A stretch of DNA of 64,000 bases from Leucoraja ocellata (GCA_036785375.1 JAWMAR010000005.1:3596001-3660000), one strand, 5' to 3'; positions 14,001 through 29,000 are shown, numbered from the stretch's first letter. The notes: generated by a model not told the origin, from the sequence alone. Program-made: numbers and translations.

Positions 14001-17000
14001 GAAACCAAGCGTCAACAGACAGGCCCCGCCTGCAGGATGTTCAACACAGAGAGAGCGAGAGAGAGGGGAGGGGGTGGCGAGCAGAACATGAGCTGATAAC
14101 ACACAACCTCTGCAGGCACTGTCTGCACAAACAGGAAACGGTTCCACTGGTCTCACCATCAACTCACTGTTAACACATAAAAAAGAGAGGAGGAGGAGGG
14201 GAAGGTTTAGCAAGAGGCGATTTGTGAAGGTGCGTTGCTCACTGGAAGACAGGCGGTCACAGCTGGAAAAACAGCGGTCACAAGGCGCGGAGGCTTTATT
14301 TGGAAGATATATGCAACCAGTGACGGCCCAATATCGAGGCGTGGATGGCCCGGCTCTACTCAATCGCCCTGCGCCTCTCTTATTTCCTCTCTGTGTGTGT
14401 TTTTTGTGTGTGTCTCTCCTCTTTTTTCTCTCCCTCTCTCTGTCGCTTCCTCTCTGCCTCGGTTTGCTGGTGTAGGTTTTACACGCAGTTGCAGGTGGAA
14501 ATCAGCAGAGGCTGAGAGGGCACAGGGTTCCGGCCCCCAGTTCCCTGCCTGGCCGGTTCTCGAGTCGGTGCCGTGGGTCCAGAGCCGGCGGATTCATCAT
14601 GAGTTGGGGGAAAGGCACAGTGAGCCGAGCAGGCGTTGGGGTGGGAGTGGAATGAAATCCCGCAGGAGAGAGAGAGAGAGGTGTGATCCGCACATTTGCA
14701 TCTACTCGAAATGGAGACACAAGGGACTGCAGGTGCTAAAATTCCAACAAAACACAAAGTGTTGGAGGAACTCAGCGGGTCAGGCAGCATCTATACAGGG
14801 GAATGGACAGACCCGAAACGTCGTCTGTCTATTCTTCCCCACAGATGCTGCCTGAGCCGCTGAGTTCCTCCAGCACTTAGTGTCTTGCACCGTTATTCCA
14901 GCATCTGCAGTTTCCTTTTACTGCCGGGAGAATCTCATTGTGTCAGCTAGCAGCTGTGGATAGGAATGGGCAAAATGGTCTGAAGAAGGGTCCCAGAACG
15001 AACCGTCTCCACTTCCCTCCGCAGATGCAGCCTGACCTGCTGTTCCACCAGCTTTTAAGGTGAGGGGGGAAAGATTTAAAAGGAACCTGAGTAATAACTT
15101 TATCACACAGAGCGTGGTGGGTGTGTGGAATGAGCTGCCGGAGGAGGTAGTTGAGGCGGGTAGTATTCCCAACATTAAAAAAACGTTTGGACAGATACAT
15201 GGATGAGACAGGTTTGCCCACACCGACCAAACATGTCCCACCTACACTGGTCCAACTTGCCTTTGCATTGGCCCATATCCCTCTAAACCTGTCCTATCCA
15301 GATATCTGAAGAAGGGTCTCGACCTGGAACGTCGCCCATTCCTTCTCTCCAGAGATGCTGCCTGTCCCGCTGAGTTACTCCAACATTTTGTGTCTACCAG
15401 CCTAAATACCTCCTTAAATGTTGCGATAGTCCCTGCCTCAACCACCTCTTCTGGCAGCTCATTCCATACACCCACCACCCTTTGTGTTAAATTTGCAGTT
15501 TAGACGGATATGGGACAAACGCAGGCAGGAGTGACGAGTGTTGATGGGACATGTTAGTCGGTGTGGGCAAGTTGGGCAGAAAATTTCAATATTCAATCTT
15601 TTATTTCAGATTTTCAGCATCTGTAAGGTTTGTGTTTTGCTTGGATGACAGAAATAAAACATATTGACAAGTAAACACCAAATAACCTACAGTAAGAAGG
15701 TATAAATTATGGATTACAAAGATAAAATTAAAACGTATATTTCATTCAATATTCTCCAAATAAATAAAATCTCTGGTAATGCAATTCCATGTTTGCATTA
15801 CAATTTCAGCATCAAAGATGCTTTAGCAATATCCAAATCTGTGCATTAAATGACTGTGGAATGAACAACTCCTCTGGTAGGTATTTGCAGCAAATGTACC
15901 TGGCATTGATGTGATTGTATCTATGTACAGTATGTATGTGTATATCTGCTGTGTTTAGATATCTGCTGTGTTTAAGTACATGTAACAACCTAGTGGAATT
16001 CATTGCCACAGAAGGCTGTGGAGGCCAAGTCAATAGATATTTTAAAAGCTGACATTGATATAGTTTGATTAGTACGAGTGTCAGCGGCTATGGGGTTGCG
16101 AGAGAAAGATAGATCAGCCATAACTCAGTGGCGGAATCGACTGGATGGGCCGAATGGCTTAATTCTGCTCCTAAAGCGTATTACCTTATATAAACCTAAA
16201 CCTCCATAATCCAGAATGCGAATGTCAGCAAAAGTGGGACTTTGTCTACCACACAGAACTCTGACCATTGCGTGACTTTGAGCACTAATCTATGGTTAGT
16301 GGGAGTCCAAGGTAACAACAGGGGATTTAGAGCCTTGGTTATCAAGGCAAACAACAACCTATCTCTTCAACTAGTCACACGGAAGCACAGTTACTGAGGC
16401 ATGGATGTTAAAATAACAAAGCAATTGTCAATTTCGGCAACAGAGAAATGTAACTATTAGACCAAGATGGAAAAAAACAATTTTAAAGGCTCCACCAGCA
16501 TTTGAACAAGGCTCCAACATACAAATTAACTTAATAATAATAATAATACACTTTATTGTCATTGTAAATACATACAACAAAATTTCAGGCGCACTGCCCG
16601 ACCAGAGCTCCAACGTATCAGATAAATAATAACAAATAACAAAAACAGCAAGAAATCAAGCACAGTTAAGTTGTGCAGGAAGGAACTGCAGATGCTGGTT
16701 TAAACCGAAGGTAGACTCAAAAAGCTGGAGTAACTCAGCGGGACAGGCAGCATCTATGGAGAGAAGGAATGGGTAATGTTTCAGGTCGAGAGTGGCTGAG
16801 GACCCGAAACGTCACCCATCCTTTCTCTCCAAAGATGCTGCGTGTGTGCCTGTCCCACTGAGTTACTCCAGCTTTGTGTCTGTCTACAGTTAATTTGTAG
16901 TCACTAAGATTCAATCAGCAATTCGTTTAGAATGAACTTGCATTGACCTTTTCTCAATTGTTAGGTGTGTAAAAGTAGCAGAACCGTATGTGGCTTCGTG

Positions 17001-20000
17001 TACTTTAATGGTAAATCGCTCAGTACCTGGAGCTGTCCACAAAATCAGACACACATCTCTTGCTTTCTACCTTTCCCTGGGCACATCCCGACAGGTGAAA
17101 TGTCTTAAACATGAAACATTAACTATTCCTCTTTCCACTGGTGTGCCTAGCCTGTAACTTCATTGGAGATCTTTTAACTATCTTTAATTGGACTTTATCT
17201 TGCACTTAATGTTGTGCCCTTAATCCATTTCTGCACCGCGGGTGGCTTGATTACAATCATGTATATAGACTTTTCTTTACTAGATCGCAGGCGAACAAAA
17301 GCTTTCCACTGTATCTCGGTACTCATGACAGTAATAAGCCTAATTAATACTAAAGACTGCTTGCATCAAAGGCAGGCCTGAGGACTAATCATAGTTATTT
17401 TTTATACTATGGGGGGGGGGGGACCTCATTGAAATTTACTGAATAGTGAAAGGCTTGGATAGAGTGGATGCAGCGAGGATTCTTCCACTAGTGAAATAAT
17501 CTAGGTCATAGCCTCAGAATTAAAGGACATTCCTTTAAGAAGGAGATGAGGAGGAATTTCTTGGAATTTCTATGGAATTCTTTGCCAGGCTGTGGAGGCC
17601 AAGTCAATGGATATTTTTATGACAGTGATAGATTCTTGATTAGTATGGGTGTCAGAGGTTATGGGAAAAAGGCAGTAGAATGGGGTTATGAGGTAGAGAT
17701 AGATCAGCCATGATTGAATGGTGGAGTAGACTTGATGGGCCGAATGGCCTAAATTCTGCTCCGATCACTTTTGACCTCTACTTTAGTATGGCTTGATTGT
17801 GCACATGTATAGTGTGGTCTGATTTAATTGGGCAGCATGCAAACAAAAACCTTTCACTCTGCCTTGCTACATGTGACAATAATACAGTCAGCCTTTCAAA
17901 CAGGCAGCTCTGACAAGACAGACTAAATGACAGTCTCCATCCAGTGCTGTAATTATTATTAAAATTAATTGGTGTAATAATTATATAATTTTAATAAAAT
18001 ACAATTTATTTGGACATTAGGTTAACATTTATGAGATCTGTTATGCATAGGTTGGCTGCTAATTTCTATTAAAAAAAATATGACACAAGGACTGCAAATG
18101 CCGAAATCATGAGGAAACAGAAAGTGCTGGAGTAACTCAGCAGATCAGGCAGCATCTGTGGAGAGACTGTATAGGGAATGTTTCGGATCGGGACCCTTCT
18201 TCACTCAATGGGTAAGTGACATTTCAGGTCCTTCATCAATCTTAAGTATCTGAACCAGAAGCGTGCCTATCCACCCCCTCTACAGATGCTGTCTCACCTG
18301 CTGAAGCACTTTGTGGTTTGTTTTAGAAAACGTGGCTATGTTTCAAAGATTTTAATTGGGCAGGAAGCACCTTGGAATAGCTACAGCACTGGGTATACAA
18401 CAATCTGAGTTTAGTTTAGATATGTGGAAAAAGGCCCTTTGGCCCACTGAGTCCGTGCAGACCAGCAATCCCTGCCCACTAACACTCTCATACACTCACT
18501 GGGGACCATTTTTCCAAGCCAATTAGCTAATAAACCTGTTTAAGAAGGAGGGTCTGAAGAAGGGTTTCTGCCCGAAACGTTGCCTATTTTCTTCGCTCCA
18601 TAGATGCTGCTGCACCCGCTGAGATTCTCCAGCATTTTTGTGTAGCTTGTGTGTCTTTGCAGTGTGGGCAGAAACCAGAGCTCCCGGAGAAAATCCACAT
18701 AGGTCACGTGGAGAATGTACAAACTCTTGTACAGAGAGCACCCACAGTCAGGATCGAACCAGGATCTCTGGCACTAAGACAGCAACTCTGGTGCTGCACC
18801 CACAGTTCCGCCCTAATTAGTCGCTGCCTAATGTGATGCCTTTGGGAGCTACAAGCCTCTTACAAGCGGCTGAACTGTCCTTGTGTTGAGATCTGTGTTG
18901 AATTGCGCGCGGGATTTGTTTGTGCATTACCTTGTGCCTGGAGATCTGGGCCTGCAGCTGCTGGATGTTGCTGGTGGACACGGGCCTCTCCTGGATCTCC
19001 CGGTGCGCCCTTTCAATCAGCTGCTGGAGGTGCCTCATCTCTTGCTCATACTGTTCATACTGAATCACTGCCTCCTGCAGCACAAAGTGAAATGCAAAAT
19101 GATTGCTTACTATTAGACAAACTTTCCCCAGTTTATGCAGGAAGGAACTGCAAAGCTTCGGTTCACATCACAGATAGACACAAAATGCTGGAGTAAATCA
19201 GCGGGCCAGATAGCATCTCTGGAGAAAAGGAATAAACTTTCCCCATTTTAGTTTATTTTAGAGATACAGCGTGGAAACGGGCCCCTCAGCCCACCGAGGG
19301 TGCCAACCAACGATCACCCCGTACACTAGTTATATCCTGCACACTAGAGACAATTTACAGAAGCCAATTAACCTACAAACCTGGACGTCTTTGCAATGTG
19401 GGAGGAAACAGGAGCACCCAGAGAAAACCCACTTGGTCACAGGGAGAACGTACAAACTCCCTACAGACAGCATCCAAAGTCAGGATCGAACCCGGCTCTC
19501 GGGCAGCAGCTCTACCGCTGCGCCACAGTTACAAACATAATGGGCCCATCTGAAAATAATTTTGTGTGGCATCAATGGTTATGGTGACACAAGGAACAGC
19601 AGCTGCTGGAATCTTGTGTTGGAGTAACTCAGTGGGTCAGGCAGCATCCGTGGAGGACATGGATAGGCGACGTTTCAGGTCGGGACCTTTCTTCGGATTG
19701 ATTGTACTCGGGAAGAGAAAAGCGGCAAAGAGGTAGGGTGGATAGAGTCTGGAAAGTGATAGGTGGATACAGGCGGGGAGGGGGCTATTGGCACAACTAA
19801 AGGCTGAAGACTAGAAATTAAAAAGGGACTAATGACTGTCCGATAGGGAGAGAAGAGGAATGAAATGTAAAGCCAGAGGGAGGGGTTTGGGTGGAAGAGG
19901 ACAGGGAAAGGGGGGAGGGGAGTGGGAGAAATGTATGTGCACCAGGATAGAAGGGACACAGGAATGGAACAGGGGAACTGGAAAGTTGGAGAATCCAATG

Positions 20001-23000
20001 TTCATACGGTTGGGTTAGAGGCTGCTCGTGGAATATGAGGTGCTGTTCCTCCAATTTGCGTGTGGCCTCACTCTGGTAATGGAGGAATCCCAGGACAGAA
20101 AAGCCAGTATGGGAATGAGGTAGGAGTTAACATGTTTGGCAACCAACACATGGTTATGTTTCTGCTTCACTTGCAACTGAACCCGAGTAAGATTCACCAC
20201 AAGAGCAGCATTTATTGAACTGATCTTTCATGTCTCCTCCCCTTTGTCTCGTGACTGCCGAGGAACCTGGGCAGATGATCTTTTTGTTCTCTGGATGATG
20301 GAACTCATTGGCTGGCCAGGTGCTGTTGAAGGAGCCATGGTGAGGGGATGCAGCGTGCCCATTGTGCCACAGTGGGGAGAGGGGTCGGGCATCTTGTTCA
20401 ATGATATGGGAGGTAAACTAACAAGTGTCACCAGGTTGCATGGCCCACCCAACTCCTGCAGTCCCCAGATGTCCACCCACCCTGACTGGCTCGCAACAGA
20501 GAACAATGCAGCACTGTAGAATCTGACTGCGCCTGATGCAAGCCCACCTGCAGGATGTTGCACTGCTGGATGGCGGTGTGCTGCAGACGACTGGCTTCCT
20601 GCTGCAGCCTCAGCGCCGTCTGGCAGATGGGCAGGTTGGTGACGATTTCTTCCGGGATGCGCAGGGCGGCCTGGAGTTTCTGCACGACCTGTACCTTCTG
20701 CTTGAAGCCCTCCATGTCAGCCAGCAACCTCTAGGCAGAGGAAAAAAAGAACGCACACCGTCACTCCAGAAAGATGCACCGCACCTGAACCATGTGCTGG
20801 ACGCAGATCTGAAAGTAATTCCATAATCAGGCCTCAAAATTCCTGTAAGGGAAGTGTGTAATGGGAGATGGGATTGGACAAAAATTTAGGATGAAGCCTG
20901 ATTTCCATTGGGATCCTAACCCATTCACCTTCATATTAAAGGGCCTGCCATCTATCAGAAGTGTTACTTTGGACAGGATTGGGAACAGACAGGCTTCTCG
21001 ATTACTCACTTTAAACCTCAAAAAGAAAAACAATGGAACTCGTGAACTGGTAAGAATCTCAGTACGTGGGGAAAAGTAATCACCAACAGTATGGATCTAC
21101 AGTGCCATCCTACATTCAGGTTGCTAAGTCACGATGGCACACCTTGCTATGAATAGATCCGCATCGTGGGCAATCAATGGCGGCCTCCATGTTAGGACTA
21201 AAGGGCCTGTCCCACGAGCACGCGACTCCATGAGGCAAGCACAACCTAAGCGACTCCATGCGGCAAGCGCGACCTAACGTGGTCGCTTGAGCCGTACGGC
21301 CTCGCGGGGCCGGTCCCACTTCGATCACTGGAGCCGTATGGATTTGTGCGGAGCTGGACCCGACATCAGGCTCCGGGCTGGGCTCCGAAGAACTGACCAT
21401 GTTTACAAAATTCCGCGCGGCAACAGCCTGCCGGCCCGCAGCCTCCTCGATGCCGTATGTCACGCGTGAACTTCCCGCGGACTTCGCTCGAACTTCATGT
21501 CACTCACTCGACCCCTGCGCGGCCCCTGCTTCTGGTTAGGTCACGCTTGCCGCATGCAGGTGCATGCTGGTGGGACCGGCCCTTTAGGTCGTGCTTGTCG
21601 CATGGAGTCGCATGCTCGGGTAGACAGGCCCTTAACACTCCAGCACACACACACTGATGGGGGAATCACAAGGAATACGGGGACCTGTTTTTTGTTTACA
21701 TGGTGGTAAACGATGTGGTGCAGTTACGTACATCACGGGTTAGTGCCAAAGGAGCTGGTCACATACCCACTCCTACCTAACTTTGTTAATGGATGTTTTG
21801 TCTCTGCAGATCTGTGAAAGCCACATCTAAAGACGTCCACATACAGGCCTTGATGACACAGTGGAAGGCCCAATGAGAACAGTCAACCTTGCCTCAGCTA
21901 ATAACAATTTTGTCAGGCATCATAACATGATGTGTTCATGACCCAAGAGGGAGACTTTTCACCTTGTTTCTTTGAATGGTGGTATTGCTAAGTAAGATCA
22001 GTCATGCAGCGAGATGATGAGGGATTAAAGGGTAATTGTCCTTGGAGGAAACCAAAACATGCAAGATGGTAAAAATCTGAAATAAAAAGAGAAAGCAACG
22101 GAAGCACTGGGTCAGGCAGCATCCGCAGAGAGAAAAGCAAAGCAAATGCTTCAGGTCAATAACCCTCCCTCAAATCTTCGGCCTGAAGAGTTAACTTTGT
22201 TTCTCATTCTGCACACGCTACCAGACCTGCTGGCAGTTTGCAAAACATTCATGATGTTATATGGCGTTTGGGTTGAATAGATTGCTTTCATCGACAATCA
22301 TATGGGGAATTGTAAGGAACATAGATTTAAGATACTTAGCTCAAAATGCAAGAAATATTTTTTTTCGGCAGCAGTGGCTAACTTGAAATGATGGTGGAAG
22401 CAGATTCACTAACAGGAAGTTGACTTAATCCTGAAGGAAGGACGATTTGCAAGTCTGCAGTGGAAGGGCAAGGTGATGTAACCAGCTGGTTCACTCCTTC
22501 AAAGAGCCACTGCAAGCACAAGTTCTAAATGACCAACTTCTGTGCAGTACTGTACATTATCTGGTACCTGTCTTTGGAAGAGTTGCTCCTTTAGGCAGAG
22601 ACGAGCGAGCTCAGGAGAGGTCAGTGTAACTTGGGCCTGCTTCACCATGGCTTGCAGGCTCTTCACTTCGGTCTCAAACTGCTCCATATCCTGTGTGAGG
22701 TGCACAAAGCTGGTCAATGAAGTCAACTCATTAATGAGGTACCTGCGGCACTTGGTGACTGCCGCTCAGCCTGCCGTGATGGGTTTTCACAGCAATCCCT
22801 CCCAACACTTTCAATAGAGAACAAAAGCCGAGGTTCAGTGAAAACCTTTAGTTGCGTGCTAACCAGTCAGTTGAAAAACAATACGTGATTACAATCAAGT
22901 CATCCACAGTGTATAGATACATGAAAAAAGGAATAATGTGAATAACATTTAGTGCAAGATAATGTCCAGTAAAGTCTGATCAAAGATAGTCTGTGGGTCT

Positions 23001-26000
23001 CCAATGAGGTAGATAGTTGCTCGGGGCTGTTCTCTAGTTGTTGGTAGGATGGTTCAGTTGCCCGATAACACCTGGGAAGAAATTGTCCATGAATCAGGAT
23101 GTGTGCGTTTTCACACTTCTATCCCTCTTTCCTGATGGGAAAGGGGAGAAGAGGGAGTGGCTGGGGTACGACTCGTCCTTGATTATGCTGCTGGCCTTGC
23201 CGAGGCAGTGTGAGGTGTAAATAGAGTCAATGGAAGGAAGGCTGATATGTGTGATGATCTGGGATGCGTCCACAATTCTCTTCTGGCTTGCTTCTGTTAA
23301 TCTTAGAATGCTCTTCCAGTTCACAGAAATCAATCGGTCTCAGTCAACCTCCCCAGGAAATTTATGTGATACAATGTTTCTCCATCATTGACTCATTTGT
23401 ATTGTAATCTTTGGAATTTTCCTCCCTCAATCTCTTTGGTTCCCCCATCTCCTCTCAGACATTTGTTCATCTACGTAGGTGGCTCAATGTCATAGTTTGG
23501 CTAAAGCTCCTGTGAAGTGCCTTGAGAAGTTTTATGATCTTACAAGCGCAATATAATTCAACAAATCGATAATTAACCAGGAAAGCAAATAAATAATATT
23601 GTTTCCGGTATTTATCACTGTCAGTCACTCAATTCTCCTTCTGCCCAAAAAACTCAGAAAGATCAGCAACAGCAGATGCTTGAGATCTGATTAAGATGTT
23701 TCCCAACCTTCCTTCCTCCCCTTCACAGAGTCAAAGAGCACAGAAACAGGCCCCTTCGGCCCAGCTTGCTCACACCGACCAACATGAACCATCTATAAAT
23801 ACATCATTACATCAATCCAGATTGTGATCTTGTATCTCCATTGTGGATTTTTTTAAATTTTGCTGGTATTACTTTGTAAGACAAACCTGAAACTGAACAA
23901 TGAACATTGTAAGGTAATACCTCACAATAGACATGTAGTCATAAGGTAATATCTTACAATAGTCATAACCTTAAAGAAGTTAATCCACTTCACTAAAGAG
24001 ATTATTACCATTACTGAAAGAAACATAGAAACATAGAAAATAGGTGCAGGAGTAGGCCATTCGGCCCTTCGAGCCTGCACCGCCATTCAATATGATCATG
24101 GCTGATCATCCAACTCAGTATCCTGTTCCTGCCTTCACTCCATACCCCCTGATCCCTTTAGCCACAAGGGCCATATCTAACTCCCTCTTAACTATAGCCA
24201 ATGAACTGGCCTCAACTACCTTCTGCGGCAGAGAATTCCAGAGATTCACCACTCTCTGTGTGAAAAAGGTTTTCCTCATCTCGGTCCTAAACGATTTCCC
24301 CTTTATCCTTAAACTGTGGCCCCTTGTTCTGGACTTCCCCAAACATCGGGAACACATCGTGAAAGGATGCTGAATAGAGGCCAAGGCCATAGAGGTCAAG
24401 TTTTCATTAGCATGCTCCGTTTGGTCGGGTGAGAATTGTAACTGGAAAAAGACTCGGGGGTGGGGGGTGAGGGGTTTCCCAAAAAGGCAGTCACCAATGG
24501 ATCCAACAAGTAACTCAGAGGAAAGTTCTTTAGTCAAAAAGCATTGAGAATGTAGTAACAAGTACCAAAAGTAGCGGTTGAATCAAACAACTTAATTGTA
24601 TTCAGGAAGAAGCTGCTAAGTACGTGAGGAACTGCGTAGACAACTGTGTGAACTGTGTAGTTAGTTAAGGCTCATGGAGCATCTAAACCCTGATTGACTA
24701 AAGATCCTGCTTCACATTGAAGATTATACCTTTCAGTCATAAATTCACTATGGTGTGCCACAATAATAAAACTAGATTTTTTTCCCTGGTAGGAACCTAA
24801 TTTAACATCCTTTCATGAATGTGCGAATCTCAACTCTCCCTTTGGTGTTAATCTGTCACAACCTTGTTGCAGCAGCATTCACTCTTATTTCACTAAGTGT
24901 GCTGGTAATAAATCAGGTGTCCAGTTTACCTTGGCCGCATCCTGCAGGCTCTGTAGCCGGGTCCGCACCAGCTGCTGGAGGTCGTCGGTCTGTTGGCGGA
25001 GATTGCTCACACGCTGGGACATGGCTGCCGTCTGATACACGTCGCTGACGCTGTCTAGCTTCTCGCTCATGGCCTGCAGGTCGCTCTGGATTTCCTCGGA
25101 TTCACGGAGAGCAGCCTAAAGAAGGAACAAAACACTTGGGCTGATATGTCCTTGGGACATTGTGGTGCATCCTGCAACTAGTTTATTAGTTCCTAGACAC
25201 ACGATCCCAGGAATGAGTGGGGTAACAAATGTTGAACATTTGACGGCACTGGGCCTCTACTCGCTGAAGCTTAAAAGGAGAGGGGACCTCATTGAAACTT
25301 ACCTCAGAGGGCGGTGGAGGCAGGTTCTCTGGATACTTTCAAGAGAGAGCTAGATAGGGCTCCTAAAGATAGTGGAGTCAGGGAATAAGGGGGGAAGGCA
25401 GGAACGGGGTACTGATTGGGGATGATCAGCCATGATCGCATTGAATGGCGGTGCTGGCTCGAAGGGCCGAACGGCCTAATCCTGCACCTATTGTCTATTA
25501 CTACTATATGCATAACTATTATACATGTCTATAGACAATAGACATGTATAGTGAAAGGCATGGATAGAGAGGATGTTTCCACCAGTGGGAGAGTCTAGGA
25601 CCAGAGGTCACAGCCTCAGAATTAAACACTGTTTCTTTGGGAAGGAAATGATGAGGAATTTCTTTCATCAGATGGTGATGTCAATGGATATTTTTAAAGC
25701 CGAGATAGATACAGTTTTGATTAGTATGAGTGTCAAGTGTTTTGGGGAGAAGGTAATAGAATGGAGTTAAGAGGAGGGATAGATCAGCCATGATTAAATG
25801 GTGGAGTAGACGTGAAGGGCCGAATGGCCTAATTCTGCTCCTATTACTTATGAACTTAGTCTGAGCTTGTGGGGAATACCACGATCAGTAACATCTGGTG
25901 ACTGAGTTGGATTAGTGATGAGTAGGTTTGTACTTGTGCACTTTGTCCCTGACATCAGAAGATCAGGAGTTCCTTTCAGCTGTTAAATTACAACCTGAAA

Positions 26001-29000
26001 TAATGTGAGTGCACCCATTCTGGCTGTGGGCAAATCACAGCCTCATGGTGCAATAAGCCATGATGGCCAGATTATGCTTCAGATACAATGATTTGCCTGG
26101 ACATCCTCTCACCAGAGTTTGTCTCTGTAGTCATCAACTGCTCCCTGAAGACTGAGCTTCCTTCTTTTGCAGTGCTTGCAAACATCTTCCAAATGCATGA
26201 TGTCTTGGAAGAGCTTGGAGCAGTTGCAAATTTCCCATCAAAGGGATCTCATGCATCAACACCTCTGCCTGAAGAAACAACCTCCTGCAATTGCCACCAA
26301 GCCATGGTTGCACTTCCACTCATTTACACTCTTAAATCTCCCTCCAGCCTCATTCGGAGGCCACGTCTTCTCAGGTTCTCACCCTGCTCTCTATTCAAAT
26401 AAATAATCTTCAGTTGTCCCCATTCTTCTTGCTGAAGGCTATTTGTTCATCAGGTTAGCTACACATACAGTACATCTCAGCTCCACTCAGCGGTTCAAGA
26501 GTGGCCATGTGAATGACGCCACTCAAGCATTGCTTAAAATGACAAAATAATGTAATGTCATGTAATAATAATGTAAAATAATATAACGCTGGGCGGTGCA
26601 GTGGCGCAGCGAGAGAGTTGCTGCCTTACCACGCCAGAGACCCGGCTTCGATCCTGACTGCTTGTGCTGTCTCCTTGTACGGTTGCATATTTTTGTACAA
26701 GCTTGCATGCTCTCTCTGTGACTGCGTGGGTTTTCTCCGGGTGCTCCGGTTTTCTCCCACACTCCAAAGACGTTCAGGTGATCCATAGAGCGTGGAAACA
26801 GGCCCTTCCGGCCCAACTTGCCCACACCGGCCAACATGTCCCAGCTACACTAGTCCCACCTGCCAGCATTTGGTCCATATCCCTCCATATCTGTCCTATC
26901 CATGTACCTGTCTAACTGCTTCTTAAATGTTGGCATAGTCTCTGCCTCAACTACCTCCTCTGGCAGATTGTTCCATTCATCCACCACGCTCTGTGTGAAA
27001 ACGTTACCCCTCAGGTTCCTACTAAATCTTTTCCCCTTCATCTTAAGCCAACTGTATGTTGGCTCGTCCTTGATTAACTTACTCTGGGCAAGAGACTTTG
27101 TGCATCTACCCGATCCATTTGTCTCATGATCTTATACACCTCCATAAGATCACCCCTCATTCTCCTGTGCTCCAAGGAATTGAGTCCCAGCCTACTCAAC
27201 CTCTCCATATAGCTCAGACCCTCTAGTCCTGGCAACATCCTCGTAAATCTTCTCTGTACCCTTTCCAGCTTGACAACATCTTTCCTATAACACGGTGCCC
27301 AGAACTGACCATAATACTCTAAACGTGGCCTTACCAACGTCTTATACAGCTGCAACATGAACTCCCAACTTCTATACTCAGGTATAGGTTGTACGCTAAT
27401 TGGCTTGGTAAAACTGTAAATTGTCCCTGGTGTGTAGAACAGAACCAGAGTAGGGATGATTGCTGGGTCAACGTGAACTCGGTGGGCCAAATGGCCTGTT
27501 TCCACGCTATATCTCTAAAACAAAGACTAAAACTGGAGCTCCATTGATGGAGCTACATTTGAGCAACTCTCTATTCTTTCAGTTATAATTCCTACCTCAA
27601 TTGGATCAATAGTTTATCCATTTGAAAAGTTGACACATCTAGTCTATGCAGATGTGCCTTAGAGTGATACCAGAGAAGAGGCATTGGACAAGATCATTTG
27701 AGGTGTCTGCAGATTGAGAAAATACTTGATATTTTGATGATTTTCCAGCAACAGTGGATTTCCAAACTTTGCATTGAGAAAGTTGAATTGTTCTCTTCAA
27801 AGCAGGAAAAGTTTAAGGAGAGGTATCCCAAATTATGAGCTGATTGTAATAAAATAAGAAGAGCTCCTGCCAATGTCAATTGCTTGGTAACCAAAGGATA
27901 GAGATAAGATAGAAGAGGAATCTTTATCCCCAGCACATTGAGTTGTTAAGATGTGGATTTCACTGTAAAAAAAAAAAAATAGGTGGGTGGGTGGATGGAT
28001 GGATGCAGATTCAAGAGTGATTTTCAAAACGGAACTGGATTGATGTTACAAGAGGAAATCTTTGGAGAAACAGCGGAGGTGTATGAAGAAGTGAACATGT
28101 TTCAAACAGTGTCAACAGTGGGCTGAAAGTGCTGTTTCGTTCTTAAATGTAATGCAGGATATTTGCATATATTTTTAATGACCTAAAATTCTGTGATCAA
28201 TGGCTTCTCAAGGAAGGATGTCAACCTGGATGGTGCAGGTTTGATTGAATGAAAGGCACAGCAAGGAAACAGAGACTACAGAGACCACAGTTGATCATTG
28301 ATCACCCGTTCACACAAGTTCCATGTTATCTCACTTAAACAAGGCTTGGCTTGTGTACACTGAAGTTTAGAAGAGTGGGAGACTTGAATGGAATGTATAA
28401 TATCCCAAGGGGGGATGGCAGGTTGGATATGTGGGAGGATATTTCTTCTTTTAGGAGTATTTAGGACTAAATATCACTGTCTAAAGTAACGGTCGCCCTT
28501 TATGACAGATTAAGTGATGTTGTTTTTCTCTCACGGTGTTGGAGTCTATGGAAATCTCTTATAAGGATGGTGAAAGCAGACTCCCTTAATATGTTTGAAG
28601 CAAAGGTCAATAGATACTTGAAAAGCAGAAGAATGAAAGGTTACTGTGGATTGAGTGGAATGTGGAGTTGATGTCACAATCAGATCAGCCGCAGCATTAT
28701 TAAATGATGGAGCAGGCTCACAAGGCTGAGCACTCTACTTTCCACTAATACTTTGTTGCCCAATGCAACACTGGGGTGGCACGGCGTAGAGTTGCTACCT
28801 TACAGTGCCAGAGACTTGGGTTCGATCCTGACAATGGGCGCTGTCTGTACAGAGTTTGCACGAGCTCACTGTGACCTGCATGGGTTTTCTCCGGATGCTC
28901 CGGTTTCCCCCCACACTCCAAAGATGTACAAGGTTGTAGGCTAATTGGCTTTGGTAAAATTGTAAAGTGCCCCTAGTATGTGTAGGACAGTGTTAATGGG

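Noticed and set aside
21202-21290. Short direct repeats GCGACTCCATG that might suggest a CRISPR-like array
   Set aside because: They are subterminal repeats of a MITE in vertebrate DNA, with no repeat-spacer periodicity and no cas genes.
26060-26410. Unique-looking stretch with overlapping short ORFs, possibly an extra exon
   Set aside because: The flanking SYNE1 exons already join in frame, and I found no convincing splice-site pair or recognisable peptide.
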